Made by a program: the position numbers and the translations under genes
Virus record (IMG/VR): IMGVR_UViG_3300036852_000204
Span: 1-63,092 of that record
Source: a virus
Taxonomy: Duplodnaviria > Caudoviricetes
Reading direction: 5' to 3' (one strand)
Length of the DNA: 63,092 nt
Part shown: positions 8,996 through 18,603 of the stretch, piece by piece
Position numbering within the stretch: the stretch's first letter is position 1
Layout: each line of letters begins with the position of its first letter
Notes under the pieces: generated by a model
Seen by the model: the letters and a program-made list of their open reading frames with translations, nothing else
Told to the model about the DNA's origin: nothing
The model's database searches: none

Positions 8996-9244
8996 TCAAG
9001 CGCTGATGCGCTCTTCATTCTTGCTGCTGACGGTGTGGATCTTCCGATCCGCAGGCCAGTCGATCTCCTGGCAAACATCAGCAAAGAGTTCGTGGATCGC
9101 ATCGCAGTGGTGGGCGATGGCATCGATCTTGGTCTGATCTCTGAGGCTGTAGGCGTCGGCCCAGCGCTTGGTGAGCAGCGCTATGAGGTCGTCTCTGCCG
9201 ATGGCGATGGCGGACTCGGCGTCTGGGTGGGACTTGGGTTGCAT
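8996..9244 (-). CDS. First gene of PL operon, hypothetical
   Basis: GGAGAGG RBS, ATG at 9244. Confidence 0.65.
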   Translation of the reverse strand: MQPKSHPDAESAIAIGRDDLIALLTKRWADAYSLRDQTKIDAIAHHCDAIHELFADVCQEIDWPADRKIHTVSSKNEERISA

Positions 9245-9340
9245 TAGCCTCTCCCGTGGAATTTCGTGTCGCTGAACCTGCACCGTTGATTGCCACTAGG
9301 GCGGTTGCGTTGGGGTTCGGTGCGGCTCAGCGACGATTGG

Positions 9341-9390
9341 ACAGTACAAAACGTACAGCGCGTCGTCAAGTACATTTTGTACAGTTGTAC
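9341..9390 (-). promoter_or_regulatory. PL promoter with OL operators
   Basis: Minus strand TTGACG-N17-TACTGT; GTAC-N5-GTAC at 9344-9356 and 9370-9382. Confidence 0.8.
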
Positions 9391-9430
9391 GGGGTGCGCA
9401 AGTTTTTGTGGAAAAGTGTGGCGCGGTTGC

Positions 9431-10097
9431 CTAGTTGGACCGGCGGTAGAAGGCGGCCATCACGCCGACGATGAAATCGTCCGTCGTTTCTTTGGTCGCG
9501 AAGTCCGGATTGAGCGGCACAAGCGCAATGCGCGAGCCGTGGTCGTTCTCGGCAACAATGCGCAACTTTCGGATCATCGCCTTCTTGCCGTCACGCGCCA
9601 GAACCATATTACCGGGCTGCGCTTTGCGGTCGGGATCAACGATCACGGTATCGCCCGGATAAAGGGAGTACGGCGACCCGCCAGGGTCAACCATGCTGTC
9701 GTCCTGTACCTCAAGGGCGAAGGCATCGACAGACAAGTTTTCTCCTTCCGGCACCACAACAAATCCCCGCGCTTCGGCACTTAGAAGCGTTGCTCGAAAT
9801 GTATCAGCACTGCTGATGGCCGTCCAACGCACGATCGGAATCTGGCGCAGGCCACTTCCGCTTTTCGCTGTCAGTGCGCCGGGGCTTTTTTGCTCCGCGG
9901 CCTGTCAGTAACCAGTCGACACTCACGCGATACGCCCTTGCGTACTTTACTGCGGCTTGGCGACTCGGGGGCCGCTGCCCGTTCTCGTTGGACCTGTAGG
10001 TATTCTCGTTCCAACCAAATGCCCTCGCCGCATCCGTGGCCGTTTTGTAGCCGGCTTCTTTGCGCGCTTCCTGCAGTCTGTCTGCGATCTCTTTCAT
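9431..10097 (-). pseudogene. cI: CI-like repressor (XRE HTH plus S24 domain) split by a +1 frameshift
   Basis: HTH RLQEARKEAG...VSVDWLLTG in one frame; IPIV...AFALEVQDDSM...PGDTVIVDP...LVPLNPDF in +1 frame; A6 run (T6 on +) at 9886-9891. Confidence 0.85.
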
Positions 10098-10106
10098 AGC
10101 CGCTAC

Positions 10107-10163
10107 GTACAGGCTTGTACAGTACGGAGGGCGTTGACAAACGCGCTGTACGTGTTGTACCGT
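10107..10163 (+). promoter_or_regulatory. PR promoter with OR operators
   Basis: TTGACA (10134)...TACCGT; GTAC-N5/6-GTAC at 10107-10120 and 10148-10160; nearly identical to PL. Confidence 0.8.
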
Positions 10164-10194
10164 TGCGCGAAATGAACTGCGCGGAGAGGCATCC

Positions 10195-10437
10195 TTGCAG
10201 ACCTTTCGAGACCTGATCGCGCGCTGGCCAACTGTCGCTGAATTCGGGCGGGATATTGGGGTTGAGTACCAGGCCGCCCGCAAGATGCACGAACGGGACA
10301 GCATCCGCGACGTGCATTGGACGGCCGTTGTGGCGGCGGCCCGTAAGCGTGGCATCCGCGTCACAGTGGAGGCGCTTGCTGCGATGAAGTCCCGCGGGGG
10401 AAACGAAGGCCGGGGCGGCGGTCGCGTAGCCGCCTGA
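10195..10437 (+). CDS. cro: Cro-like regulator
   Basis: Divergent from cI; GGAGAGG RBS, TTG start; WPTVAEFGRDIGV...AARKM..RDSI...HW. Confidence 0.8.
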   Translation: MQTFRDLIARWPTVAEFGRDIGVEYQAARKMHERDSIRDVHWTAVVAAARKRGIRVTVEALAAMKSRGGNEGRGGGRVAA

Positions 10438-11310
10438 GTTAGTACCCAGTCCCACTACGCGTCACCCCTCTACGCTTACGAATGTGGCAAAGTTGTGTAG
10501 TCAATTAACCACGTTGCCGCGCTGTGCACAAGTGAAATGCTCGCTTCCGTACAAACACTTACGTGACGAGTCCTCTAGCTAACCTGTGCGTTTCTTGGCG
10601 TTTGTGGACGGCGGGTCCGGTTTTGCTGCCCTACAGCAAGATGTGGCCTTCGCGATTGCCCTGCATCTCCAAGCCGGGCCTGCCTCCCACAGATGCCGCA
10701 AGGCACACAGTAAAGCGCTGCTGTTGGGGTTCATCGCCCATAGGTGGCGCAGGCCGAAGGTCACCGGCCCAGGTAGCTCGGGTGATGCTGGGCGAAGCGG
10801 GCTGGCGGACGCGGCAAGTTCAGGGTTCAGCGTGTTCGAGCGCCGGTCGGCTTACGTCAAGCGAGGTCTAAAGCGCGGGCGTCCCGGTCGCCCACCTCGG
10901 GCCGCTGACCCCTGCCAAGCTAGTTTAGTGCGGTAGCGTTCTGCGGATCACCCGCGCCGTACCCAGGTAGGTCGAAGGGACGACTGAACTGGCTCTGTGG
11001 CGTGGCTCCTGACCAGCAATAGTCGTGGGCTTTCGAGCGTCACGTGAGCGGGTGAAGGCCTCGGCCGAGGCTGACGCTCTTGGTCCGCAGAATCCTGCCG
11101 CAGTTTTCGTTGCGTCACGCGTCTCACTAGAAAATTTGGGGGATTTGCCGTGCGCAATCGTCGCTACGATGCCGACCTATTCCTGCGTGAGCGCTTCCAT
11201 GCGCTCCGCCCGTCCATCAATCAGATATCGGAACAGCCTGGCGAAATCATGACGCGCCAGCACCCATCAGCTTGTAGCGCTGATGCGGGGCCTGCAAGTC
11301 AGCGGCCCCG

Positions 11311-11376
11311 GAACCCTTCTCGGGTTCTTTCCTCCCTAGACTCGGGCGCTGGGCTCACGCCTGGCGCCCCTCTTTC
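11311..11376 (+). ncRNA. MmgR/suhB (alpha-r8)-like small RNA
   Basis: Hairpin GAACCC-TTCTC-GGGTTC, 10-mer TTTCCTCCCT, AGACT, GC-rich terminator-like hairpin and CTCTTT. Confidence 0.7.
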
Positions 11377-11393
11377 GGGGGAGGGCGAGTAAA

Positions 11394-11912
11394 ATGGAAA
11401 AGGGCTCAACCTGGTCCGGCCCAAAACGCGAGCGCATGTACGCTCTGTGGATCGGTGGCTGCAGCGCCGCCACCGTTGCGCGCATTCTCAACAATGAGTT
11501 CGGTTCCGCACACACGCGCAACTCCATCATCGGCCAAATGAACCGGCACTACCCGGATGCGCCGAGCCACAAAATCCACGAGAACAAGGCTCGCAAACGC
11601 AAGCCGCGGCCCCGCCCGACGCGCGTACCCCTATCGCCGCTGCAGGCCATTATGGCGCAGAAGGCCCCGATGCCGCCGCGTTCGGAGACGGATGTTGCGC
11701 GCGTGTCCTTTGCGGACCTAGAGAACGGCAAGCACTGTAAGTTCATCCCCGGCAATCCAGGCGACGATTTTCGCCTCGACAAACCGATATACTGCGGCAT
11801 GCCGCCCGTGCCCGGAACGCACTATTGCGAGCCGCACCTTGTCCGCTGCCACTCTCCGCCTGAGCTGAGAATCCGCGTGCGCGTCTCCGACAAGACCAAG
11901 GAGTTCGCGTGA
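11394..11912 (+). CDS. gcrA: GcrA-family cell-cycle regulator
   Basis: W...R...LW..G.SA..VA...TRNSIIG HTH; C-terminal CKFIPG...YCG.P..PG..YCEPH. Confidence 0.88.
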   Translation: MEKGSTWSGPKRERMYALWIGGCSAATVARILNNEFGSAHTRNSIIGQMNRHYPDAPSHKIHENKARKRKPRPRPTRVPLSPLQAIMAQKAPMPPRSETDVARVSFADLENGKHCKFIPGNPGDDFRLDKPIYCGMPPVPGTHYCEPHLVRCHSPPELRIRVRVSDKTKEFA

Positions 11913-12175
11913 CCAAATCCACCAAAGCCGATCAGGTCCGCGCATGGCTCAATGGCAGCGACCTTAACTCGCGAGAGATCGCCGAGGCGGTCGAATGCCA
12001 TCAAGGGTTCGTTCTGGCGATCAAGCAGCGGATGCTGCACCCAGAACGGGAGCGCAAGCGGAACCGCGATCGCAACGCCGCGCGTTGGCAGAACCCAGAG
12101 TGCCGCAAGAAGGCGGCATCATGGAATAGCCGTCGGCGAAAGCGAGCGATCGAGGATACCCACGTCAATGGATGA
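11909..12175 (+). CDS. Small HTH protein
   Basis: SREIAEAVECHQGFV. Confidence 0.6.
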   Translation: MTKSTKADQVRAWLNGSDLNSREIAEAVECHQGFVLAIKQRMLHPERERKRNRDRNAARWQNPECRKKAASWNSRRRKRAIEDTHVNG

Positions 12176-12316
12176 CCTCCGCACGATCCTGATGGCTGCT
12201 TCCTTCGGCTTACTCGTAGCTGTCGGAGCTATTTATTCCACCGGCTATGGCGGAAAGGTTGCTGGATTTGAGATCGGGCCTTCGGTGCCTTGGCTACGGG
12301 TGGCCGCACACTAGCC

Positions 12317-13303
12317 ATGGAAAACCGGAAGACCAGATTCGAGTTGGCGAAGTCCCTTTGTGTGCTTGCCGTGCTTGTCGGCGTTGCGGCTGCCGCCATC
12401 CAACTCGCCATCGACATTAGGCAGGGTGTGACAGCTGACATGACGGACCATGAGCGCCTTATCCAGATTGGGCAGATGTCCCTGATCACGGTGTTTGTCG
12501 TGATCCTGGGGGCGATCGCCGGCACGTGGGTCAGCAACGGTCACTGGAAGTGGGCAGCATGCCTCTACGCCGTAGCCAGCGTCTGCATGGCGGTCACAGC
12601 GTCGAACGGCATGGACTTCCTCGCCAACAAGACGGTTGCCCGCACGCAGGCACAGATCAAGAAAGCCACGGCAGAGCGCGACATCACCGACATCAAAAAC
12701 AAGCTCACCCTGGATGAGCGCAAGGAAAAGCAGGAAAACCTCTGGCGAACCTACCTTTCCGCAAGGGGTAGCGAGAAGGACAAGGTTCTTTCCGAGATCA
12801 AGGCCGCCACGCAGGAGGCTGTAGACCTGAAATCAGACGTGGATGTCGTGCAATTGGGTGTCGGCGGTTCGATCAGCTACCACTTCGGGTGGCGCCCGGA
12901 GGCTATCCAGGAAGCCAGGGCCATCGCCATACCGATCGTCACCATGGTCTTGAAGGCGTTGCTGATTTCCATCGGCTTCGGCTGCTGGCCGAACACAGCA
13001 GCGAAGCAATGGGAAACCTCGCCGCCAACACGGCTTGCCGTCGCTCATTTCCAGGAAAGCCCCCAGAAACTTTCTAAGGATGACGCGCGCAAGGACATCA
13101 TTTCCATGATCCACGCCGGGGCCAGTATCCGCTCGGGGCGAGAGCTATCGGAAAGGTGGGGCGTAGGCGAGGGCACAGTCAGCAAATGGCTGGGTGATTT
13201 TCGCAGGGAAGGGCTGATCAAGCGTCAACCAAACGGCAACGCACGGGGGGTCATCGCGGCTCCGCATGTGAACGGCAATGGGCGCGTGGCGGGTACGGCC
13301 TGA
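12317..13303 (+). CDS. Multi-TM/coiled-coil protein with C-terminal HTH
   Basis: Four hydrophobic segments; SGRELSERWGVGEGTVSKWL. Confidence 0.75.
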   Translation: MENRKTRFELAKSLCVLAVLVGVAAAAIQLAIDIRQGVTADMTDHERLIQIGQMSLITVFVVILGAIAGTWVSNGHWKWAACLYAVASVCMAVTASNGMDFLANKTVARTQAQIKKATAERDITDIKNKLTLDERKEKQENLWRTYLSARGSEKDKVLSEIKAATQEAVDLKSDVDVVQLGVGGSISYHFGWRPEAIQEARAIAIPIVTMVLKALLISIGFGCWPNTAAKQWETSPPTRLAVAHFQESPQKLSKDDARKDIISMIHAGASIRSGRELSERWGVGEGTVSKWLGDFRREGLIKRQPNGNARGVIAAPHVNGNGRVAGTA

Positions 13304-13313
13304 AAAGCAGTAA

Positions 13314-13335
13314 GCCCGCCGGATCAGGGCGGGCA
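13314..13335. terminator. GC-rich hairpin, possible terminator
   Basis: GCCCGCC-GGATCAG-GGCGGGC after stop codon. Confidence 0.45.
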
Positions 13336-13577
13336 CTTGGGTGGGCGTCTCTTGATTTTATCCGCTCTCGAACCGCTCGCAACGGGGAAAGAGCAACGCA
13401 CGAAGGAAAATGAACAATGCACTTATACCCTAGAAATCCACTGAGTGTCAACAGCAACCCCTCGGTGTTCGACACGCTTGTCAAGCGCGCCGTTATCGCC
13501 GCTTACGTGTGGGGCCTGCTGTCCGTCGACACGACCCAGCATCTCGTCAACCGCTTCCAACTGTGGAGCGCGTGAGA

Positions 13578-14524
13578 TGAGCACGACCACAGCAACCAGC
13601 GTCACCGCACTGAATGCCGCCGCTGAGGCGAACGTCACCACAGCCATCCTGATGCTCATCAAGGAGGCGCTGATCACCGCGATTGCGGATCGGCGTCTCG
13701 AAAGGGGACACCTTCGGGTTCTGGCTGCCATCGCCACCGTCATGAAGGGCAGCGCCAAGGCTTGGCCAAGTCGGGCGTATCTTGCTGAACTTAGCGGGCT
13801 CTCTCTCGCATCCGTTTCCAACAGCCTGCACGAGCTGCGCGCGTGGGGCTACTTGATCGCCGACAAGGAGACGGTCGAGGAGGCCAGTAACCGCCGTCTG
13901 ACGGTCTACACCTTCGGCAATATCGACCACGACACCATCCGCAAGGAAATCACGTCCTTCGTCCAGAAAGCCCGCGAGGCCCGTGATCCTGCGAAGTTCA
14001 CCGCCCACGGTGATGATAGTTCACCGCCCACGGTGAAGAAGGAGTTCACCGCCCACGGTGATGGTTCACCGCCCACGGTGAAGGAATCCAAGAAAAGTTC
14101 ACCGCAGACGGTGCCCCGTATAGATAATAATAATATACCCCCAAACGCTGGCGAGGGTGACGATACAACCCCCTCGCGCAAGCGCGAGGCAACCACCAGG
14201 ACTAAATTAAGGGAAGATTGGATTCCTGCCCCAGAGACCGTCGCATGGGTCAGGGAGAACTACGTTGCGAGCGATCAGCAGATCGCGAACGAAGCCCAGA
14301 AGTTTCGCGACTACCACGTCAGCAAGGGCTCCAAGATGGCCGACTGGCGTGCGGCTTGGCGCACATGGTGGGGCAATGGGTGGCACAAGTGTCCACGCCG
14401 CATGGGCGCCCACGCTCAGATGGCGATTTCAGCGGCCGGCCAGACAGCAACAGACCAAGCCCTGCACGACGCCTTTGAGCGCGCCCGCCTCATGGACGAG
14501 GAGGACGCCAAATGCCGACGTTAG
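13578..14524 (+). CDS. Replication initiator (N-terminal wHTH, internal iterons, DnaT-like C-terminus)
   Basis: AWPSRAYLAELSGLS..SV...L.EL..WGYL; LREDWIP...KFRDYH...DWRAAWRTW. Confidence 0.85.
13997..14137 (+). repeat. Iterons and AT-rich tract (putative replication origin)
   Basis: TTCACCGCCCACGGTGA at 13997, 14020, 14045, 14065, degenerate at 14098; then TAGATAATAATAATATA. Confidence 0.85.
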
Positions 14525-15063
14525 CGGACCTGCTTCACGAGGAGGGCGTCACCCTCCGCAAGCAGAACGACGGGCGCCATTACACGGTCTGCCCGAAGTG
14601 CTCCGCAGGTCGCAAAAAACACAACCGCCGCAAGCCGTGCCTGAAGGTTGAGATCGATGGCCGGGGGGTCCGGTTCGGATGCTTCAACTGCTCCTGGCAC
14701 ACGGCGCGGTTCTACGACGAAGGAAGTTGGAATGCTGGCCAAACTGCAGTTGTCCATCGAGCACGCAAAGTGGCTCGAAGCCGTGCGCAAGATCCCATGC
14801 GAGATTGCAGCGGAGGCGGGCGTCGTGTCGAAGGGGGAGAACTTGGCGTTCGAGTACCGGCAGAACGGCGTGTCGTCGTTCCTGAAGGTCCGCACGCCGC
14901 AAAAAGGCTTTTGGATCGAGCCGAAGGGCGCCGCGTTGTGCTTGTGGAACGAGGACACGCTGAGCGAACCGTGCGGCTCGGCGCCGCTGATCATAACGGA
15001 GGGCGAGTTCGACGCGTTGTCATTCCTAGCTGCAGGGGGCACGCGCGTGGTTTCCGTACCTAA
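14512..15063 (+). CDS. Primase-type zinc-binding domain protein; only the first ~70 aa look conserved
   Basis: CPKCS..RKK....CL.V......FGCFNCSW. Confidence 0.7.
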   Translation: MPTLADLLHEEGVTLRKQNDGRHYTVCPKCSAGRKKHNRRKPCLKVEIDGRGVRFGCFNCSWHTARFYDEGSWNAGQTAVVHRARKVARSRAQDPMRDCSGGGRRVEGGELGVRVPAERRVVVPEGPHAAKRLLDRAEGRRVVLVERGHAERTVRLGAADHNGGRVRRVVIPSCRGHARGFRT

Positions 15064-16180
15064 CGGCGCCGCCGGCCGCCCCGGCAAGGATGAGATTATC
15101 CCCTCAGAGGATGCGCAGTTCGCATACCTCTGGGAGGGCGGTCGTCTGCGCAAAGGGCTGCAGCAGTTCACCAAGATCATTCTCGCCACCGACGCCGACC
15201 AGCCTGGGCAGATCCTGCGCGACGAGCTGGCCATCAGGTTGGGGCGCAACCGCTGCTGGTTCGTGGCCTATCCCGGCAACTGCAAGGACGCCAACGATGT
15301 GTTGGTGCAGTTCGGACCCGACGCACTGCAGGACGTGATTGCCGAAGCGCGGCCGATGGTGCCGAGCCGTCTCGTATCGTTCTCCGACATCCCGTCGCGC
15401 TCCGAGCTGCCGCGGTATTCCTCGGGTTGGGCTGGTCTTGACGGCAACCTGATGATTGTGCCGCCAGAGCTGATCGTGGTGACGGGCACGCCCGGCGCCG
15501 GCAAGAGCCAATGGACGCTAGCGCTATGCGCCAATCTCGCCCGCATCCATGGGCTGAAGGGCGCAATCCTACAGTTCGAGGACAAGCCCGACCGCAACCG
15601 CAACGACCTTCTGCGCTACGCCCGTTCTTGGGAGGGGCAGGACAAGTCAATCGGACAGGGAGGCGCCAGCGCGTGGGTCGACCGCATGTTCAAGACGATC
15701 GCCCCAGCCGAGGACGACGACGGAGACACGGATTTCAATCTGGCTTGGCTGCAGTCCACCATCGAGGAAGCGGCCACACGCCACGACGCAAAGTGGGTGT
15801 TGGTCGACCCGTGGAATGAGGTCGAGCACGTCTGGAAGGTCAGCGAGACGGAGACTGGCTACACGAACCAAGCCCTTCGCGAACTGAAGCGCCTGACGCG
15901 CCGGTATCAGATAGGCTTGATCATCGTCACTCACCCCAGCAAGGGCGGCGGCGCCAAACCTCCCAGCGAAATGTCCCTCTACGACATCAGCGGCTCGGCT
16001 GCGTGGAAGAACAAGGCCGACCACGGGATCATCATAGCGCGAGAGAGCCCGACGGCCATCGAGACGCTGGTCAAGATCGACAAATCCAAGGACTTCAAAA
16101 CCATGGGGCGACCCGGCGTCGTCCGCATGAAGTTCGAGCCAGAGCGTGCGTCGTTCTCATTCGTCGCAGCGGGGATGTGA
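14732..16180 (+). CDS. TOPRIM primase/DnaB-like helicase (T7 gp4/Twinkle-like)
   Basis: IITEGEFDALS, SVPNGA, ATDADQPG, KDAND, Walker A GTPGAGKS, VDPWN, ISGSAAW.NKAD. Confidence 0.9.
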   Translation: MLAKLQLSIEHAKWLEAVRKIPCEIAAEAGVVSKGENLAFEYRQNGVSSFLKVRTPQKGFWIEPKGAALCLWNEDTLSEPCGSAPLIITEGEFDALSFLAAGGTRVVSVPNGAAGRPGKDEIIPSEDAQFAYLWEGGRLRKGLQQFTKIILATDADQPGQILRDELAIRLGRNRCWFVAYPGNCKDANDVLVQFGPDALQDVIAEARPMVPSRLVSFSDIPSRSELPRYSSGWAGLDGNLMIVPPELIVVTGTPGAGKSQWTLALCANLARIHGLKGAILQFEDKPDRNRNDLLRYARSWEGQDKSIGQGGASAWVDRMFKTIAPAEDDDGDTDFNLAWLQSTIEEAATRHDAKWVLVDPWNEVEHVWKVSETETGYTNQALRELKRLTRRYQIGLIIVTHPSKGGGAKPPSEMSLYDISGSAAWKNKADHGIIIARESPTAIETLVKIDKSKDFKTMGRPGVVRMKFEPERASFSFVAAGM

Positions 16181-16248
16181 TGGAGCACATCTCCGCTGCG
16201 CTATCCCGCGCAATTGAAACCATCGCAGCCAACTACAGAGGAGCAACC

Positions 16249-17197
16249 ATGTTCAACTTCGACAAATCGCAACTGCCAGACATCATGGAACGCGAGAAGG
16301 CATTCGAACTGCGCAGGGCTTACGAGGCCTTGAACGACGCGCTTTACGAACAAGAGCACGACGGCGAAGAGGCGTTCAACCTGGCCAAGGCGAGGGAGAA
16401 CGAAGCCGAGGAGGCATACGACGCCTGCGGCGTTGAATTGCTACTGGACCCACACGGCAACGCCGTTCGTTGCGCGGTCAGCGGTGCGCCTGTTCTCACA
16501 TCCGACGAAGCCGTGACCGACACCATGACGGATGAAGTGTTCCTCCGCATCGCCATCGGCCTTCCTCCCCGTCCATCAGAACCAGAAGAACAAATGCTCC
16601 CGGATATGGAGGACGTGGCGTGAGCAGAGATTATGATCCCGAGCTTGACGGCCCGCTGCCAGCTTCATCGCAGGAACCGGATCTGCCGGCAACGAAGCGC
16701 TATCCGATTTGCCCCGAGTGCGGGTGCAATACGCTGGTGATGTTCTCGCCGCCGCGCGAGGGGATTGTTGGCACCGAAGAAGGATACCGCCTGTGGGCGC
16801 TGCATTCGGCCGACTACGTCGATTGGGACAAGGCGCACCTCTACTGCTGCAACGGGCAGACGAATTGCCAAATCAATATCCCTGTGCGCGGCGGCATGAC
16901 GACGCCAGTCAAGGAGAAGCGGCGCCGGTTCGTGGAGGACGTTGCGTGAGGCTCCTATCCGGCATGTTCGGTGGAGGCGGCAACGGTGCTGAGGGTCGCT
17001 CTGCGAGTGCATGCGGCAGCACATCTCACGAACTCAATTTCGACCTTCCCAATCTTCCATGGAACGTCTGGATCGACGGCAAGAACCTGATCGTCAGGGA
17101 TGCCTGCAACGAATACGTCGGGACGTTTAGAGCCGAGAGCAAATGCCTTGTGTCTGATGTGGCGAAACTGATCGAACAGGCGACGAGGGCACGATGA
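16249..17197 (+). other. Three small hypothetical ORFs (16249-16623, 16620-16949, ~16965-17197)
   Basis: RBS or coupled starts; CPECG in 16620-16949. Confidence 0.6.
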
Positions 17198-18603
17198 ATT
17201 TGCAGCTTGCCAGTTACGACAAGTTTTTGATGGCCAAGGCGGTCACGGCGCCCCCGTGTGGGTTCGAACCGAGTTCGACCATGCCGAGGGGCATCAAGCC
17301 GTTTCAGCGTGACATCGTGAAATGGGCCTGCCGGCGTGGGCGTGCGGCGATCTTTGCGGCAACCGGCCTCGGCAAGACCCTGCAGGAGCTCGCGTGGGCG
17401 GCGCAGGTCGCCAAACATACGCAGGGTGAGGTTCTGTTGTTCACGCCGCTGGCGGTGGCCGAGCAGACCGTTCAGGAGGCCGCCAAATTCGGCGTCAAAG
17501 GCGTCGCCTACGCGCCCGACGCGAGCTCAATCACGGGGCGGATCACCGTCACCAACTACGATCGCCGCGACAAGTTCGACCTGTCCCGCTTTGCCGGCGT
17601 CGTTTGTGATGAGAGCGGCATTCTGAAGGATCACGCCAGCAAGACACGGCTGGAGCTCACCGAAGCGTGTCAGGACATCGCCTATCTCCTGTGCGGCTCA
17701 GCGACGCCGGCACCGAATGATTGGACTGAGCTCGGGCAGCACGCCGAGTTCCTGGGGGTCATGTCAGCCAAAGAAATGCTCGCCATGTTCTTCGTGCACG
17801 ATGGCGCCGTGCGGGCCAATGCCGAGGAAGACTGGCGCCTGAAGGGCCACGCCCAAGACGAGTTCTGGCGCTGGGTGTCGTCATGGGCCGTTATGATCCG
17901 GCATCCCCGCGATCTTGGCTACGACGATCCCGGCTACGACTTGCCACCGCTGCGGATGGAGCAGGTGACGGTACAGGTCGACGGCACGCCCGCAGACGGC
18001 ATGTTGTTCGCGATGGAGGCCAACACGCTGCAGGAGCGCATTGCCGCGCGCCGAAGCTCAATCAGTCAGCGCGTAGCAGCTGCCCGCCAAATCGTAGCCA
18101 GCAAGCCGGATGAGCCGTGGTTGATCTGGTGCAACCTCAATGCCGAGGCCGCCGAGCTCCTGGAAGCCATCCCAGGCGCCGTCAATGTCGAAGGTAGCGA
18201 TAGCATCGAGTTCAAGACGAAGAACTTGCTTGGCTTCTGCAATGGCGACCCGCTGCGGCTGATTTCAAAGCCCAGCATCGCCGGCCGCGGCATGAACTAT
18301 CAGCACTGCGCAAACATGGTGTTCGTGGGTCTCAACGATAGCTTTGAGAGCTTATTCCAAGCCGTGCGCCGCTGCTGGCGGTTCGGGCAAGCGCGCGAGG
18401 TGACGGCTTACCTGATCGCCTCTGAGCTCGAGGGCGCCGTGGTCGCCAACCTGCAGAAGAAAGAACGCAAATACGAGGCTATGGCCGATGCTATGGCCGG
18501 GCACATGAAAGAGTTGACCCGTTCGGCAGTTCGGGGTGGTCGCGTTGCGTCGTCGAAGTACGAACCCAAGCAAGCGATGGAGTTGCCGACATGGTGGCAG
18601 TGA
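17194..18603 (+). CDS. SNF2-like superfamily 2 helicase
   Basis: TGLGKT, CDES, SATPAPND, QAVRRCWRFGQ. Confidence 0.9.
   Translation: MNLQLASYDKFLMAKAVTAPPCGFEPSSTMPRGIKPFQRDIVKWACRRGRAAIFAATGLGKTLQELAWAAQVAKHTQGEVLLFTPLAVAEQTVQEAAKFGVKGVAYAPDASSITGRITVTNYDRRDKFDLSRFAGVVCDESGILKDHASKTRLELTEACQDIAYLLCGSATPAPNDWTELGQHAEFLGVMSAKEMLAMFFVHDGAVRANAEEDWRLKGHAQDEFWRWVSSWAVMIRHPRDLGYDDPGYDLPPLRMEQVTVQVDGTPADGMLFAMEANTLQERIAARRSSISQRVAAARQIVASKPDEPWLIWCNLNAEAAELLEAIPGAVNVEGSDSIEFKTKNLLGFCNGDPLRLISKPSIAGRGMNYQHCANMVFVGLNDSFESLFQAVRRCWRFGQAREVTAYLIASELEGAVVANLQKKERKYEAMADAMAGHMKELTRSAVRGGRVASSKYEPKQAMELPTWWQ

Noticed and set aside
9871-9893. Programmed -1 frameshift at A_AAA_AAG fusing the cI domains
   Set aside because: The -1 frame stops within a few codons (KAPAH*); fusion needs +1 or -2
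13997-14114. Spaced repeats as a mini-CRISPR array
   Set aside because: Gaps are only 3-16 nt, the repeats lie within the initiator ORF and no cas genes are present; they fit iterons
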